This document shows positions 33,360 through 46,683 of a stretch of DNA of 64,000 nt, piece after piece. This DNA comes from Blastocystis sp. Blastoise (lineage: Eukaryota > Protista > Bigyra: Opalinata): positions 1,302,001 to 1,366,000 of the forward strand of contig JBBPEB010000007.1 of assembly GCA_039096225.1 (NCBI GenBank), given 5' to 3'. Numbering within the stretch: the stretch's first letter is position 1; each line of letters starts with the position of its first letter. The position numbers and the translations under genes are program-made. A model generated the notes under the pieces. The model had not been told where the DNA came from and did not search any database. It saw only the letters and a list, made by a program, of their open reading frames with translations.

Positions 33360-34294
33360 GCTGCTATTTTATGCAGCTTGATTATTTTATTTTAAAAATT
33401 TGTTTATATGTATTTTTTGCTGCTATTTTATGCAGCTTGATTATTTTATTTTAAAAATTTGTTTATATGTATTTTTTGCTGCTATTTTTGTGCAGCCTGA
33501 TTATTTTATTAAAAATTTGTTTATATGTATTTTTTTGCTGCTACTTTATGCAGCTTGATTATTTTATTAAAAATTTGTTTATATATATTTTTTGCTGCTT
33601 GTTTATGCAGCCTGATTATTTTTTTCTATAGTTGTTTATATATATATATTTTGCTGCTTTTTTATGCAGCTTGATTATTTTATTAAAAATTTGTTTATAT
33701 ATATTTTTTGCTGCTTGTTTATGCAGCCTGATTATTTTTTTCTATAGTTGTTTATATATATATATTTTGCTGCTTTTTTATGCAGCTTGATTATTTTATT
33801 AAAAATTTGTTTATATATATCTTTTGCTGCTTGTTTATGCAGCCTGATTATTTTAAAACTTTGTTTATATATACTTTTTGCTGCTTGTTTATGCAGCCTG
33901 ATTATTTTTTTCTATAGTTGTTTATATATATATCTTTTGCTGCTTTTTTATGCAGCTTGATTATTTTATTAAAAATTTGTTTATATATTTTATTGCTTCT
34001 ATTTTATGCAGCTTGATTATTTTATTAAAAATTTGTTTATATATTTTTTGCTGTTATTTTTGTGCAGCTTGATTATTTTATTAAAATTTGTTTATATATT
34101 TTTTGCTGCTATTTTTGTGCAGCCTGATTTTTTTTCTATAGTTTGTTTATATATTTTTTGCTGCTACTTTATGCAGCTTGATTATTTTATTAAAAATTTG
34201 TTTATATATATATATTTTTTTGCTGCTATTTTATGCAGCTTGAATTTTTGTTTATGTGTTTGATATTTTTTTTTTGCTGCTATTTTTCTGCAGC
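33360..34294. repeat. Tandem array of 17 units of ~54-62 bp, each with a GCTGC-N8/9-GCAGC inverted repeat
   Basis: Stems start at ~33360, 33419, 33478, 33537, 33594, 33653, 33710, 33769, 33826, 33880, 33939, 33995, 34050, 34105, 34160, 34222 and 34276. Two linker variants. Confidence 0.92.
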
Positions 34295-34711
34295 TTTTTT
34301 TTAAAAATTTGTTTATATGTTATAGTTATCAGATAATATATATGTATTGATTCTTAAAGACTTTAGGATTGGAAGAATTTTTCGTTTCTAAAAGGTGTTT
34401 CTACCTTGTGTCCAGTTGATTCGTGAAGTTTATTCTATATTCTATGTTTGTTTGTCTTTAATTGAAGGTTTGTTTATTTTGTCTTAAATTATCTGATGCT
34501 AATATTATATATATTATTATAGTATGTATTGCTTTTGAATAACTTCTTTATTCTTTTTACTATAATAATATATATATTATATTAAAATTTTAAAATAGAA
34601 AAAAAAAATAATTGTGTTTTGTTTGACTTTGTTTTTATAAATGTATTAAACAACTAAACAATAAATAAAAACGACATAAATTTAAAAATAAAAAAACAAA
34701 TAAGAGTAATT

Positions 34712-35960
34712 TTAGAGCATTGGTATTCCAAGAAGAGTATGTATATGATAATTATAAGAGGAACTGAGAGAGAGAATAGGTAGTAATTCAATGATATTGT
34801 TTTTGAGTATTTCTGTTTGTTGTTGATAGGATTCATGAATTGTGCATGAATATAGGATATTAAGAGTTATAAAGCAAATCATTTGACTTATTTCTTGAAG
34901 AATGGATGAATATTTCTGTTTATAGGATTGTTGTTCTAGGAAATGAATAAATGTGGGATATATATTCATAAATTCATTTAAATAATTAATAAGAAGTAAT
35001 ATATTATCTTGATTATTTGATGTGATAGGAATGGTGTGAATGGAATAATCGACTTGAGATAAGGAAAGATAAGTATCAAATAAAGTATTATATGTATTAT
35101 GTATGTAATAATAAAAGATAAAACCAGATAAACCCATCGAATTCCAAAAATGTAATTCTGTTTTATTAGAATCAATTTTATTCAGAATAGAGAGAAGATT
35201 ATTACTGTAGAATATCTTTTCTTTTTGAGTAAAAAATGAAAAATACTGAGGGATAGAAAACTGATAGATAATCTAAGAAATAAATGAATGATAATAATAT
35301 AGTTATTTAATAATTTATATAAGTATATATACTTGAGAAGCTTTTAAAAAGTTTTGTTGTAAGATATTCATGAATATTTCGGATAAATAATCGTGAATAT
35401 AATGATAATAAGAAGCTGCATGTGTATAAAATATATCTAGTTCAATATTTAAATTCTTAAATATATTTGTAAGTTTTACAATATCTTGTTTATATATATT
35501 AATATATTCACCTATATAAAGCGACAGTTGTGTATCTATGCACTCAATTCGTTTCTTAGGATCCTGAATGAAGGAAAGTATATATAACGGCATAATAAAA
35601 TCATCTATAAAGTATAATAAATATTATATTATGTTTAATAATAAGTATAATAATATGTTTAATGATAAGAAATATAATATGTTTAATGATAAGTATTATA
35701 ATATGTTTAATGATAAGAAATATAATATGTTTAATGATAAGTATAATAATATGTTTAATGATAAGAAATATAAATATAATAAGATATGTTTAATAATAAT
35801 AAATATAAATATATACTACGTAGGTTAAGTTGAAATATAAGTTCATTACTTATATAAATAGAACTCCATAAATCATTTGAATAAGAACGTAATGGATATA
35901 CAAGAGGAAGGAATGTATATATATACCAATTAAAAACAACTGATATATAGGAATCAGGAA

Positions 35961-36050
<90 letters not shown>

Positions 36051-36375
36051 CTGTTCATATTGAGGAATTGCTCCTTGTCACATGATAATTGGCCAATAAT
36101 TAGCAAGATGTTCCAAAGAGAATCATAATAATGAATAGAATCATCAATATTAGAAATATTTGAAAACAAAGGATTTGGAGTAGGATATAGAATAGCTTCA
36201 TTCCCGCGGTTATTCGATGAATTATAGGAATGATCCATATAATAATTAATAAGAGAAGTGAATGACGTGATATTAACATCTGGTGTATACCTATATATAT
36301 ATATATTTAGTTATATATATATATATACATATAGTAATAAAAAAATAATAATAAATAAATAAATAAATAAATGAA

Positions 36376-36411
<36 letters not shown>

Positions 36412-38461
36412 AAATAAATGAATAAATAAATAAATAAATAAATAAATACCAAAGAAGGAAAGAAAGTGCTTGAATATAGTTCATTCCTGTTAAACAGGAA
36501 ATACATTGATTTCTGTCAATAAATAGAGAATAAAAAATATAACGAGAGGAATTCGATATATCTAGAGGATTCGACTGAAAGTATTCTGAAAGTTGCTGAA
36601 TGACGGATGCGAAAACAAATGGAGAATCAACTATGTAATTAATTAATAATAAACAATATAATAATAAGAATAGTATAAAAATAGTATAATAATAATTATC
36701 TATAAGATTTTGTATTAAACGAATAATGATATATAGAAAATACATAATAAAGAGATAATAGATATTAATTGAGGATCTTCGTTAGCTTCTGTTAAGAATT
36801 GAATTGTATTCAGTACATCTCTTCTCAATAATGAGTAGAATGCTTTCATATATATATCTTGGTCATTAAATAAAGATGATGATAAAGGATAGAGAGAATA
36901 TGATATAGTAGTACTAGTAGTACTAGTAGTACTAGTAGAAGTATATTGTAAGATCGATTCTAAGAAGACAGAAAAGTTATATAGATCAAAGCTTTGGGTA
37001 CTTGGCCTATATATTATTATTAGAGAGAATAATCAATACTATATATATATATATATATACAAATTTATGGATTTCTTGTCCATTTGAATGAGAAGATTAA
37101 GAATAAAATGAACATATATAATAATCTCAATATGATCTCGTTGATCTATAATAATAACATGAATATAAGATAATATATTAAATAAAAAGAATAATAAAAA
37201 TAATATTAAAATAAAAATAATATAAAAGATATATAAAAATAAAAATGCAATTATATAAATATAAAAATAACAAAAACATATAAAAAAATAATATAAAATT
37301 AAAATAAATAAAAACACTATATACTCTGTTCAATAATATTTTGAATGTACATATCGATCTGTTGAATAATATTCATACATTGATTTTTTATGACTTCTTT
37401 AGTATCTATATCATTATGAATAGAAGAATAAGAAGATTTCAGAAGATCAAATAACCAACTGAAAATAGAATCATCAGATACAGAAGAGTTTCTTAATAAT
37501 AATTCATGTATATTATATATAGATAAAGAATTCTTTAAAGAAAAATCATTGAATTGATGTGTTTCAGTATAAGATATTTCTTTACTAGGAATAATGATAT
37601 TCCCTTGGGAATTCATAGAGGAACCAAATGAAAAATGATTATATAAAGAAATAGGATTTGAAGTATATTTTAAACTAATATTATTTTGTAACTTTGATTC
37701 TATCATTTTCATTGTATTAGACGAATGGTCTTGAGATTGTTCTGATTCTGTTTGATTAGAATCCATATAAAAACGAGAAGAAGGAGAAACAGATAATAAA
37801 TGGGTAAGTATTTTTTGATTAGACTTCTTATTGATAGTATTTGTATTATAATCTGTATTCTTTAAAATTGATTGTTTCATTATTTCAGAATTATCATAAT
37901 TATTATCTTCAGAAACAGATTCAGAAATCTTGTTTTCAGAAGATGTAAAACGAAATAAACTAAGTAATGTTTCATTTTGAAGATTTCGTTTATTTAATAC
38001 ATTAAATTCTATATTCTTATCATTCAATCCATTCGATCCCTCTTCATTACAAAAAGTACCTGGAGCAGGAACACAAGAAAACCTTAAATAATCATCTAAA
38101 ATAGATTTTGTAAAATCAATAGTATCTTGAATAGGACTCATCATTTTTTTATATTCTTCATTAACTTTAGATTCAATAGACAAACTGTCAGACATTGGAT
38201 GTTGTTGAAGAGAATCATTTGTTTCATAATCTATAATCAAATTAATATTCCTAAATAATTAATTAATTCTATACTTTTATCATATGATTCTTGCATGGTT
38301 AAATTGGTACAATTTGTATTTTGCTCAACACATTGATTTAGTGAAGTGTCTATAAGATATATAAGTACACAGTAATGTAATATATAGTATATAATAAAAA
38401 TACTATGATCCAAGATCGGTAAATCATGTCTTCCAGAAGAAGAGTTGCTTATCATATCCAT
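34712..38461 (-). CDS. NUP96: Nup96 (Nup145C-like) nucleoporin, separate ORF, multi-exon
   Basis: Helical C-terminal domain with Nup96-like pattern: [78 protein letters not shown]. Lies directly downstream of Nup98. Start codon inferred. Confidence 0.75.
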
Positions 38462-38937
38462 AATTGTTTGAAAATAGAATATTCTAATGATCCCTATATC
38501 TATATATGACTGAGATAGATATAAGTGAATTGTTTATGATGAGAAATAAGTAATAGTTTATACTTTGTTGGCAAACAATGAATTGTTTTTTCTTTTTAAA
38601 AATAAACGCTTCTGTATCAGTTTATTCGTGGAAATTACATAGATTTAAAAAGAAATGTTTTTATAGAATTAAATGACTATTAGAAATAAATATTACAGTT
38701 TTAAATAGTATTTCTATGTATGGACAACTTTTGCTAATATACAGAGATGAACGAAACAAGTAAATAAAAAATTCAAAAATAATTAAAAAAAAGATATATT
38801 AATAATGTTAATAAAAGATGATAATAAAATAAAAGATCATGAATAATTATATAAAGAATAAAAATAAAAACAATTTGGAAATAAGTTTAGTAGAGAATAT
38901 TTTAGAATAAAATATGAAAATTTCTTTTATAGCAAAT

Positions 38938-40163
38938 TTAGAAATGATCAATAGTGAAACACCAAATTTGTTCTTCTTCATCGAAGCTTAAGAAAGTAGC
39001 CATTTGGTCTTTGCAATAATCTTGAAGGAATTGAGTTTGAGTTTTTCCTTTTAAAACGGATTCCGATAAAGGAGTGGTATGGAGAACCAAAGTACATTTG
39101 GTATTCAATTTTTTACCATTTTCAGGATAATCTGATTCTTTATATGTAGGATAAAGCTATATAAATGATAATTATACATGATATTAATGATTTATAATAA
39201 TAATATAAAATTTATAATAAAAATAATAAAATTTATAATAAAAATAATAGAATTTATAATAAATATATATACAGTAACAATAGGAATGCCTTGTTGATTT
39301 TTTGAGAATACAATATCTTTATCGATATTGAGATCTCTAACATCGACGTGTTCTTGCCATTCAATAGATCCAAATTCAGGATTTTCGACTTTAAAAGGGT
39401 AAATATCCGAGAGTTGAAGATCATTCATAGATTGTAATTTAGATAATGAAGGAGTAATAACGAGATTTGGCATATAAGAAACAGGAGCATGAATATTAGT
39501 AGAGAGAGGAGAAGAAATAGAAGCGGCTTTAGGAGAGGAAGGAGAGGAAGGAGCTATAGGAGAGGAAGGAGAAGAAGAAGAAGGAGAAGAAGAAGAAGAA
39601 GAAGGAGAAACATGAGATGGAGAGAGCATATAATCATCTATAAAATATATAAATAAATATAAATATAAATAAATAATAAATAAAAAATTAAAATAAAAAA
39701 AAAATAAATAAATAAAAAGATCACAATAATAATTGATATATACTAGGAATATTATAGATTTGAAGACAGTCATTATCTGAAATATTATAATCACGGAGAG
39801 TTTTCTTATTATTAAGAGAATGATTGTCAAATGAAAGAACTACAGACTCAGGAGAAGAACAAATTATACCCTATATATATATAATAATAATGAATAAATA
39901 ATATTAATAATAAAAATAATAATAAGTAATATTAAAAATAATAAATAAATAATATAAATAGTAAAAATAATAATGAATAGAATTACATTGACTTCTAAGT
40001 AAAGAGTTTTGATGGCAAGAACAGTATCTAATTCATAGCATTTAATTGTAGTTGTCTGATTTCCATTAATAACAATAATAGAAAGAGCCTATATATAAAA
40101 AGAACAATAGAAATAAAAGAAAAATAATTTGAGTAATATAATGTGAATAACAAGTATAATATA

Positions 40164-40225
<62 letters not shown>

Positions 40226-43200
40226 TTTAGGAATATCACTTGTTTCTGAAATAACATCCTTTGAATTAGCAACAGGTTTATTCGATAATAATTGTAATAT
40301 ATCTTTACGAATAACAATAGAATCACGAATAACAAGATCCTTAGGATTCTTCATAAGATTTCCTGATGTCATATAACGACCTGGTTTATAGAAATTATCT
40401 CCAAGGGAAAAGGGTACCATACCATCAGAGTAATTTCCATGAGAAATTGAACTACGAGAAATAGGATTTTTTGGTTTAATTTTCGCATGATCTTTATTAT
40501 CAACAGGAGAAGCAGAGGATTGAATTAATATATAGATATATATATATATATGTTAAACATAAAGAATATATATTGATTTAAAAGAAACATAAAGAATAGC
40601 AATAAGACAAGTATAATGATATTTTTTATTACTATTAATATATATATATATATAAATAATAAAAATAATTAGTGACACAAATAAAAGACATACATATATT
40701 CATTGTATTATTACGAATTGCATTAAGTTTACCATCAATTTGAATCATATCAGCAAAATCATTTGAAAGAGGAGGAACTTCTATAGAGATTCAATGATAT
40801 AGAATAAGGATTCAATATATATATATATAGATATATACGAGTATTATTATTATTAGCACCTTGTTGATTCCAATTCATACCACCATTAGTACCAAAACCA
40901 GTTGAAGTACCAAAACCACTAGTACCAAACCCACTAGTTCCAAATCCAGTTGTTGCAGGTTTATTAGTACCAAATCCACTAGTACCAAAACCACTAGTAC
41001 CAAATCCAGTAGTAGTATTAGTACCAAATCCAGTAGTACCAGTAGTACCAAATCCAGTAGTACCTGTAGTTCCAAATCCAGTTGTACCAGTAGTACCAAA
41101 TCCAGTTGTACCAGTAGTACCAAATCCAGTTGTACCAGTGGTACCAAATCCAGTTGAAGTACCAAATCCAGTGGTTGCAGGTTTATTAGTACCAAAGCCA
41201 GTAGTACCTGTTGTACCAAAACCAGTAGTATTAGTACCAAAACCAGTGGTTGCAGGTTTATTAGTTCCAAAACCAGTTGTACCAAAACCAGTAGTACCAG
41301 TAGTATTAGTACCAAATCCAGTAGTACCAGTAGTATTAGTACCAAAACCAGTAGTACCTGTTGTACCAAATCCAGTAGTACCAGTAGTATTAGTACCAAA
41401 ACCAGTAGTACCAGTGGTACCAAATCCAGTAGTACCAGTGGTACCAAAACCAGTAGTACCAGTAGTACCAAAACCTGTAGTATTAGTACCAAAACCAGTA
41501 GTTGCAGGTTTATTAGTTCCAAAACCAGTAGTACCAAAACCAGTAGTAGTATTAGTACCAAAACCAGTAGTACCAGTAGTATTAGTACCAAATCCAGTAG
41601 TACCTGTTGTACCAAATCCAGTAGTACCTGTTGTACCAAATCCAGTAGTACCTGTTGTACCAAATCCAGTAGTATTAGTACCAAAACCAGTAGTAGTATT
41701 ATTAGTAGCACCAAATCCAGTAGTATTACCGAATCCAGTAACAGCAGTAGTATTAGTACCAAATCCAGTTGTATTAGTACCAAAACCAGTAGTACCACTA
41801 GTATTAGTACCAAAACCAGTAGTATTACCGAATCCAGTAGTACCAGTAGTATTAGTAGCACCAAATCCAGTAGTATTACCAAAACCAGTAGTATTACCAA
41901 ATCCAGTAACAGCAGTAGTTGCTATATATAAAGATAATAATATAGATAGGATTATATATATATGATAGAAAACATACGTTGTTGTTGAGTGAGAGCAGGA
42001 TTAGCATTCTAGAGAGAAAAATAAGTTTTATATATAATGTATAATAAAAATAAATAAAAAATGAATAATAAAATAATAAAAAAATTTGATTATTAAATAG
42101 GAAAAATAAATATATATAAATTAAGATTATTACATACACATTTCTTATTGGCAATATAATCAGCCATACGTATTTCTAAAATTGTTTTATCTTTATAATC
42201 AGGCATAGCACAAAGAGAGCAATAATGAACATTTTCTTTTCCTTCATTCTATAGAGTAGATATAATTAGTAAATAATAAAACATATCAATCGTAAAATAA
42301 TTAATATAATTATTCGAATAGAATAGTAATAACATTGATAATTACATACTTTAATAGTTTCTTTATAAACAGTTGTTGTACCAGGTTGAGAACTGGTACC
42401 AAAACCAGTATTAGTAGCACCAAAACCAGTATTAGTAGCACCAAAACCAGTTGTATTACCAAAACCAGTAGTATTACCAAAACCAGTTGAAGTATTATTA
42501 GTATTACCAAAACCAGTTGTATTACCGAATCCAGTAACAGCAGTAGTATTAGTAGCACCAAATCCAGTTGTATTACCAAATCCAGTAGTATTACCAAATC
42601 CAGTAGTATTACCAAATCCAGTAGTATTACCAAATCCAGTACCAGCAGTAGTATTAGTAGCACCAAAACCAGTAGTATTAGTAGCACCAAAACCAGTAGT
42701 ATTAGTAGCACCAAAACCAGTAGTATTACCGAATCCAGTACCAGTATTAGTAGCACCGAATCCAGTAACAGCAGTAGTATTAGTAGCACCAAAACCATTA
42801 GGATTACCGAATCCAGTACCAGTAGTATTAGTAGCTCCGAATCCAGTATTAGTAGCACCGAATCCAGTATTAGTAGCACCGAATCCAGTATTGTTAGTAG
42901 CACCAAATCCTGTTGTAGTTTTTGATGCACCAAAATTAGTTGTTGTACCAAAAGTAGATTTAGGTTTATTACCAAAACCTGTTGCCTATATAAATAATAA
43001 AAATAAATATTTGAGAAAAAGTAGAGTATAAGATTTTATAAATGCATATATTTTGTGAATTCTATTATATATTAATAAGAAAATAAATATTTACGTTGTT
43101 ACCAAATAAATTCGTAGAGGAAGCTGTATTAAAAGGATTAGTTACACCAAATCCTGAAGTTGATCCAAAGCCAGTACCAGCATTATTTCCAAATCCAGTT

Positions 43201-43460
43201 GAACCACCAAAACCACTATATATATAAAGAATAATGATTATGAAAAATGAATATAAAAATATTACGTTGATTGATTATTGTTTCCAAATGAAGACGGGTT
43301 AGCTGCATTATTCTATATATATATGGATGATAGAAACAAAAAAAACTATCAAATAAATGAAAAACTTACAGTACCAAAACCGTTGTTATTACCAAAAGAG
43401 TTTCCTAGATATAGATATAGACATAGTGTTGATTTTATATTAGATTAGCATACCGAACAT
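38938..43460 (-). CDS. NUP98: Nup98 FG nucleoporin (FG repeats, GLEBS, ubiquitin-like insert, autoproteolytic-type domain ending HF*)
   Basis: MFG start and dozens of TGFG repeats. GLEBS (SLCAMPDYKDKTILEIRMADY). Nucleoporin2 domain (PSLSKLQSM...FGSIEW..VDVRDLNID...YPENGKKLN...FLSFD....IWCFTIDHF*). Confidence 0.95.
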
Positions 43461-44557
43461 ATTGATTCTAGGGATATAGAAACAAAAATAATATAACAAA
43501 AATGTTATTTAAAATTATCTTGGTTTTTTTTCACTAACAAAAATAGCCAACCAAATTCTTTTTCAAAGCTTTTTTAAGAATTATGAATAATTATTAAATT
43601 TGAATAAGAAAAGGAGTTAAAACCAAGAAACAACTTTTTTAATCATTTCAGTTTTTATTTGAAATTCGTATGTTTATAAGGGCTTTACTAGGTATTATGA
43701 ATTGTTTAGTTTAGAATTATCATCTAGTTAATCGATAGAGTTGGAACACTGATATGTTGGCGATAGTTTGTTTTGGATTCATTTTCAGAAGACAATTTCT
43801 GATTTCTTAAGTATTCTATTAATACAAAATTATAGGAAATAGTGTTCTGATATAGAATTTGCGTTGATTATATATATCTATTGAGTGTTGGATGTCATGT
43901 CATTAAAAGAATAGTAATAAAGTTTTGAGAATGATATAAGAATACGTTTATGAGTTTATGAAAATGAGTTCGAATTCTATGATAAAGTAAATATCACATA
44001 TAAATTTTTTTCTTGTTTTATAAATAAAGCTTTATTAAAATATATATTGAAATAAGACTTAAAACCATAATAATTCTGTGTATTAGAGAGTAATGGATAT
44101 TATTCATTGGAACGAAACCAAAATTAAAAGAAGAAAACAAAGATAGATAGAGATATAGAAATAGTAGGAAAAGAAAGTAATGAATAAAATAAAATATAGA
44201 CTCATTCAATAGTATTCGACTATATGAGAAAAAGATTCTCTTTTATTCAAAAGAATACTATAAAGAAAATACTCAATATAAAAAATATTAATGAAAAGAA
44301 GCAATAAATCTTCTAGTAATATACATGGACATACGGATTATTGTATTCATATGTATAAATAGTATAATATACATTTAAAAAAAACAAATATTAAAAAGTA
44401 GAAAATAAAAATAGTATTATAAGAAAATGAATAATATGTATATTTATAGTGGAATTCAATAGAAATAAATATTAAATAGAAAAACATAAACCAAAAAAAA
44501 AAAGAAAGAATACAAAAAGGAATAGTTTATGTTTAAATAAGAATATATATATATATA

Positions 44558-46027
44558 TTATTGTGTCCATTGTTTGGCAACATCAAGGAGTTCTCCAAGA
44601 ACTTTATTTCCTTCTGTTCCATAATATAAATTACCATGTACGGTATCTTTAGCGATTCTTATTTGAACTGGAACATTCTGTGACTATATATATATATATA
44701 GAATAGAAAATGGAATAGAAATATAGATAACCATATAAATAGTAATATACATAAAGGCTAATGAAATAATACATTAATGAAGAATATATATTTATTTATA
44801 TATTTAGAGATGCTAATAATATATAATAAATAATGATAAATACCTTCATATTTTTAACAAAATTGAGAACAGTGTCTCGAAGAGGGTCGTGTTCTGATGC
44901 CACAATATAAAATGGAGGATAATCGTGGAAATCTGTAGTAAGAGCATAATAATCCTTATACATCTCATAGAGTTCCTATAGAAAAGAAAGGATAAAGAAA
45001 AGAATAGATAGGGTATTCTATAGTAGTAACTTGAATGAAAAAATAGTAATGATAATAAATAGAGAATTTATTCAATATAATAATTAAAATATATAAAATA
45101 ATTAAAATAAATGAAATTATAAAATAATTAAAATAAATGAAATTATAAAATAATTAAAATATATAAAATAATTAAAATAATAAAAATAATAAAAATAATT
45201 AAAATAATTAAAATAATAAAAATAATAAAAATAATAAAAATAATTAAAATAAATAAAATATTTAAAATAAAATAAATGAAAACTTATTCTATAAATATAC
45301 TTCAGTTTTATTATATAAGATGGAGTTGAGAATTACTACTTGATGGAAATTGGTTCCAAATCCACTTCGATATTTCATAAAACTGGAAAAGTTGGTACCG
45401 CCTGGAACAACACCATATAAAATTATCTATACATATAATTATATAATTATTCGAACAAACATACTATTATTATAAATTAAAAAAAAAAATCATATTTTTA
45501 ATATTTTATATTAAATGATATAATATATATATATAAATATATATATATATACAACTCCTTTAATTGTTCCTGGCATATGTAAATTTCGATGCATCATAAC
45601 CGCGGGAGATAAGAAGGTTGCTCCTGCACTTTGACCAAATAATACTATATTATTAATATCAATATTATACTCATCCTTGTGGCTTGTTATATACTATATA
45701 TAATTATATAAGAAAAACAATATATATAATATCTCTAGAGTATAAATTAAAATTTAAAAAATAATAATAAAATTATAAATATTTATATATATAATTAAAA
45801 TTAAAAAAAAGTAAAATATACTTCTAAAGCTTGTTTCATATTGTTTACTTGATAAGGATGTTTATATTCAGGACATAAGAAATATTCTACATAAACGACA
45901 AAGAATCCAGCTTGAGAGAGCAATTCACAAGTATGTTTAAACCATTTAAAATTACCCATAACATACCCACCTGGATGTATATAGACCAAAACTGGCTTCT
46001 TTTGATTCTGTAATTGATTCGGAGATA

Positions 46028-46067
<40 letters not shown>

Positions 46068-46683
46068 TAAATATTAATAAATGAAAAAATATACATATAG
46101 TTATAAATATTAATAAATGAAAAAATACATATAGTTATAAATATTAATAAATGAAAAAATATACATATAGTTATAAATATTAATAAATGAAAAAATATAC
46201 ATATAGTTATAAATATTAATAAATAAAATAAACATAAATAATAAACAAATAAATAAATACCAAAATATAATTTCAATTGTAAATCTTTGTTCATTTCACA
46301 AGGAATCTCTACAGAACTAATAGTAGCTCCTTTAATATCTTCTATAGAATGAAAATACAATATATATAACAAATAATTAATACATAAAAAAAATAACTTA
46401 CCTGTTTTACGAAGCCATTCCACAAATTTAATTAGAGCATTTCTACGTGTACAAAACTCTTGTTCATCAAATTCTCTACCCCAAAACCTATAGAATATAA
46501 ACAAAACAATGATACAAAAACTTACATATGAGCAATAAAATCAAATGCAGTTGAATTCAATATATTTACCCAGTCAAGCGCTAATTCAAGGAAGATATGT
46601 ACTTGACGAGAAAAATATTGAATTAGAAAACCAAGAATGGCTCCACAAATAAATTCTGAAATGTTACAAAGATTCTCTTGCAT
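44558..46683 (-). CDS. HSL-family alpha/beta hydrolase (esterase), 8 exons
   Basis: PVLVYIHPGGYV, EYFLCPEYKHP, GQSAG nucleophile, HDPLRD (Asp) and TVHGN (His). Confidence 0.92.
46060..46225. repeat. Intronic ~34-36-bp minisatellite
   Basis: About 4.5 copies of atagttataaatattaataaatgaaaaaat(at)acat in an esterase intron. Confidence 0.8.

Noticed and set aside
33360-34294. CRISPR array
   Set aside because: Linkers are near-identical rather than unique spacers, there are no cas genes, and the context is eukaryotic.
40875-42975. Long V/L- or P/V-rich ORFs overlapping Nup98, and similar antisense ORFs over 10439-10791 and 25916-27524
   Set aside because: They are shadow frames of repetitive coding sequence that lacks stops in other frames.
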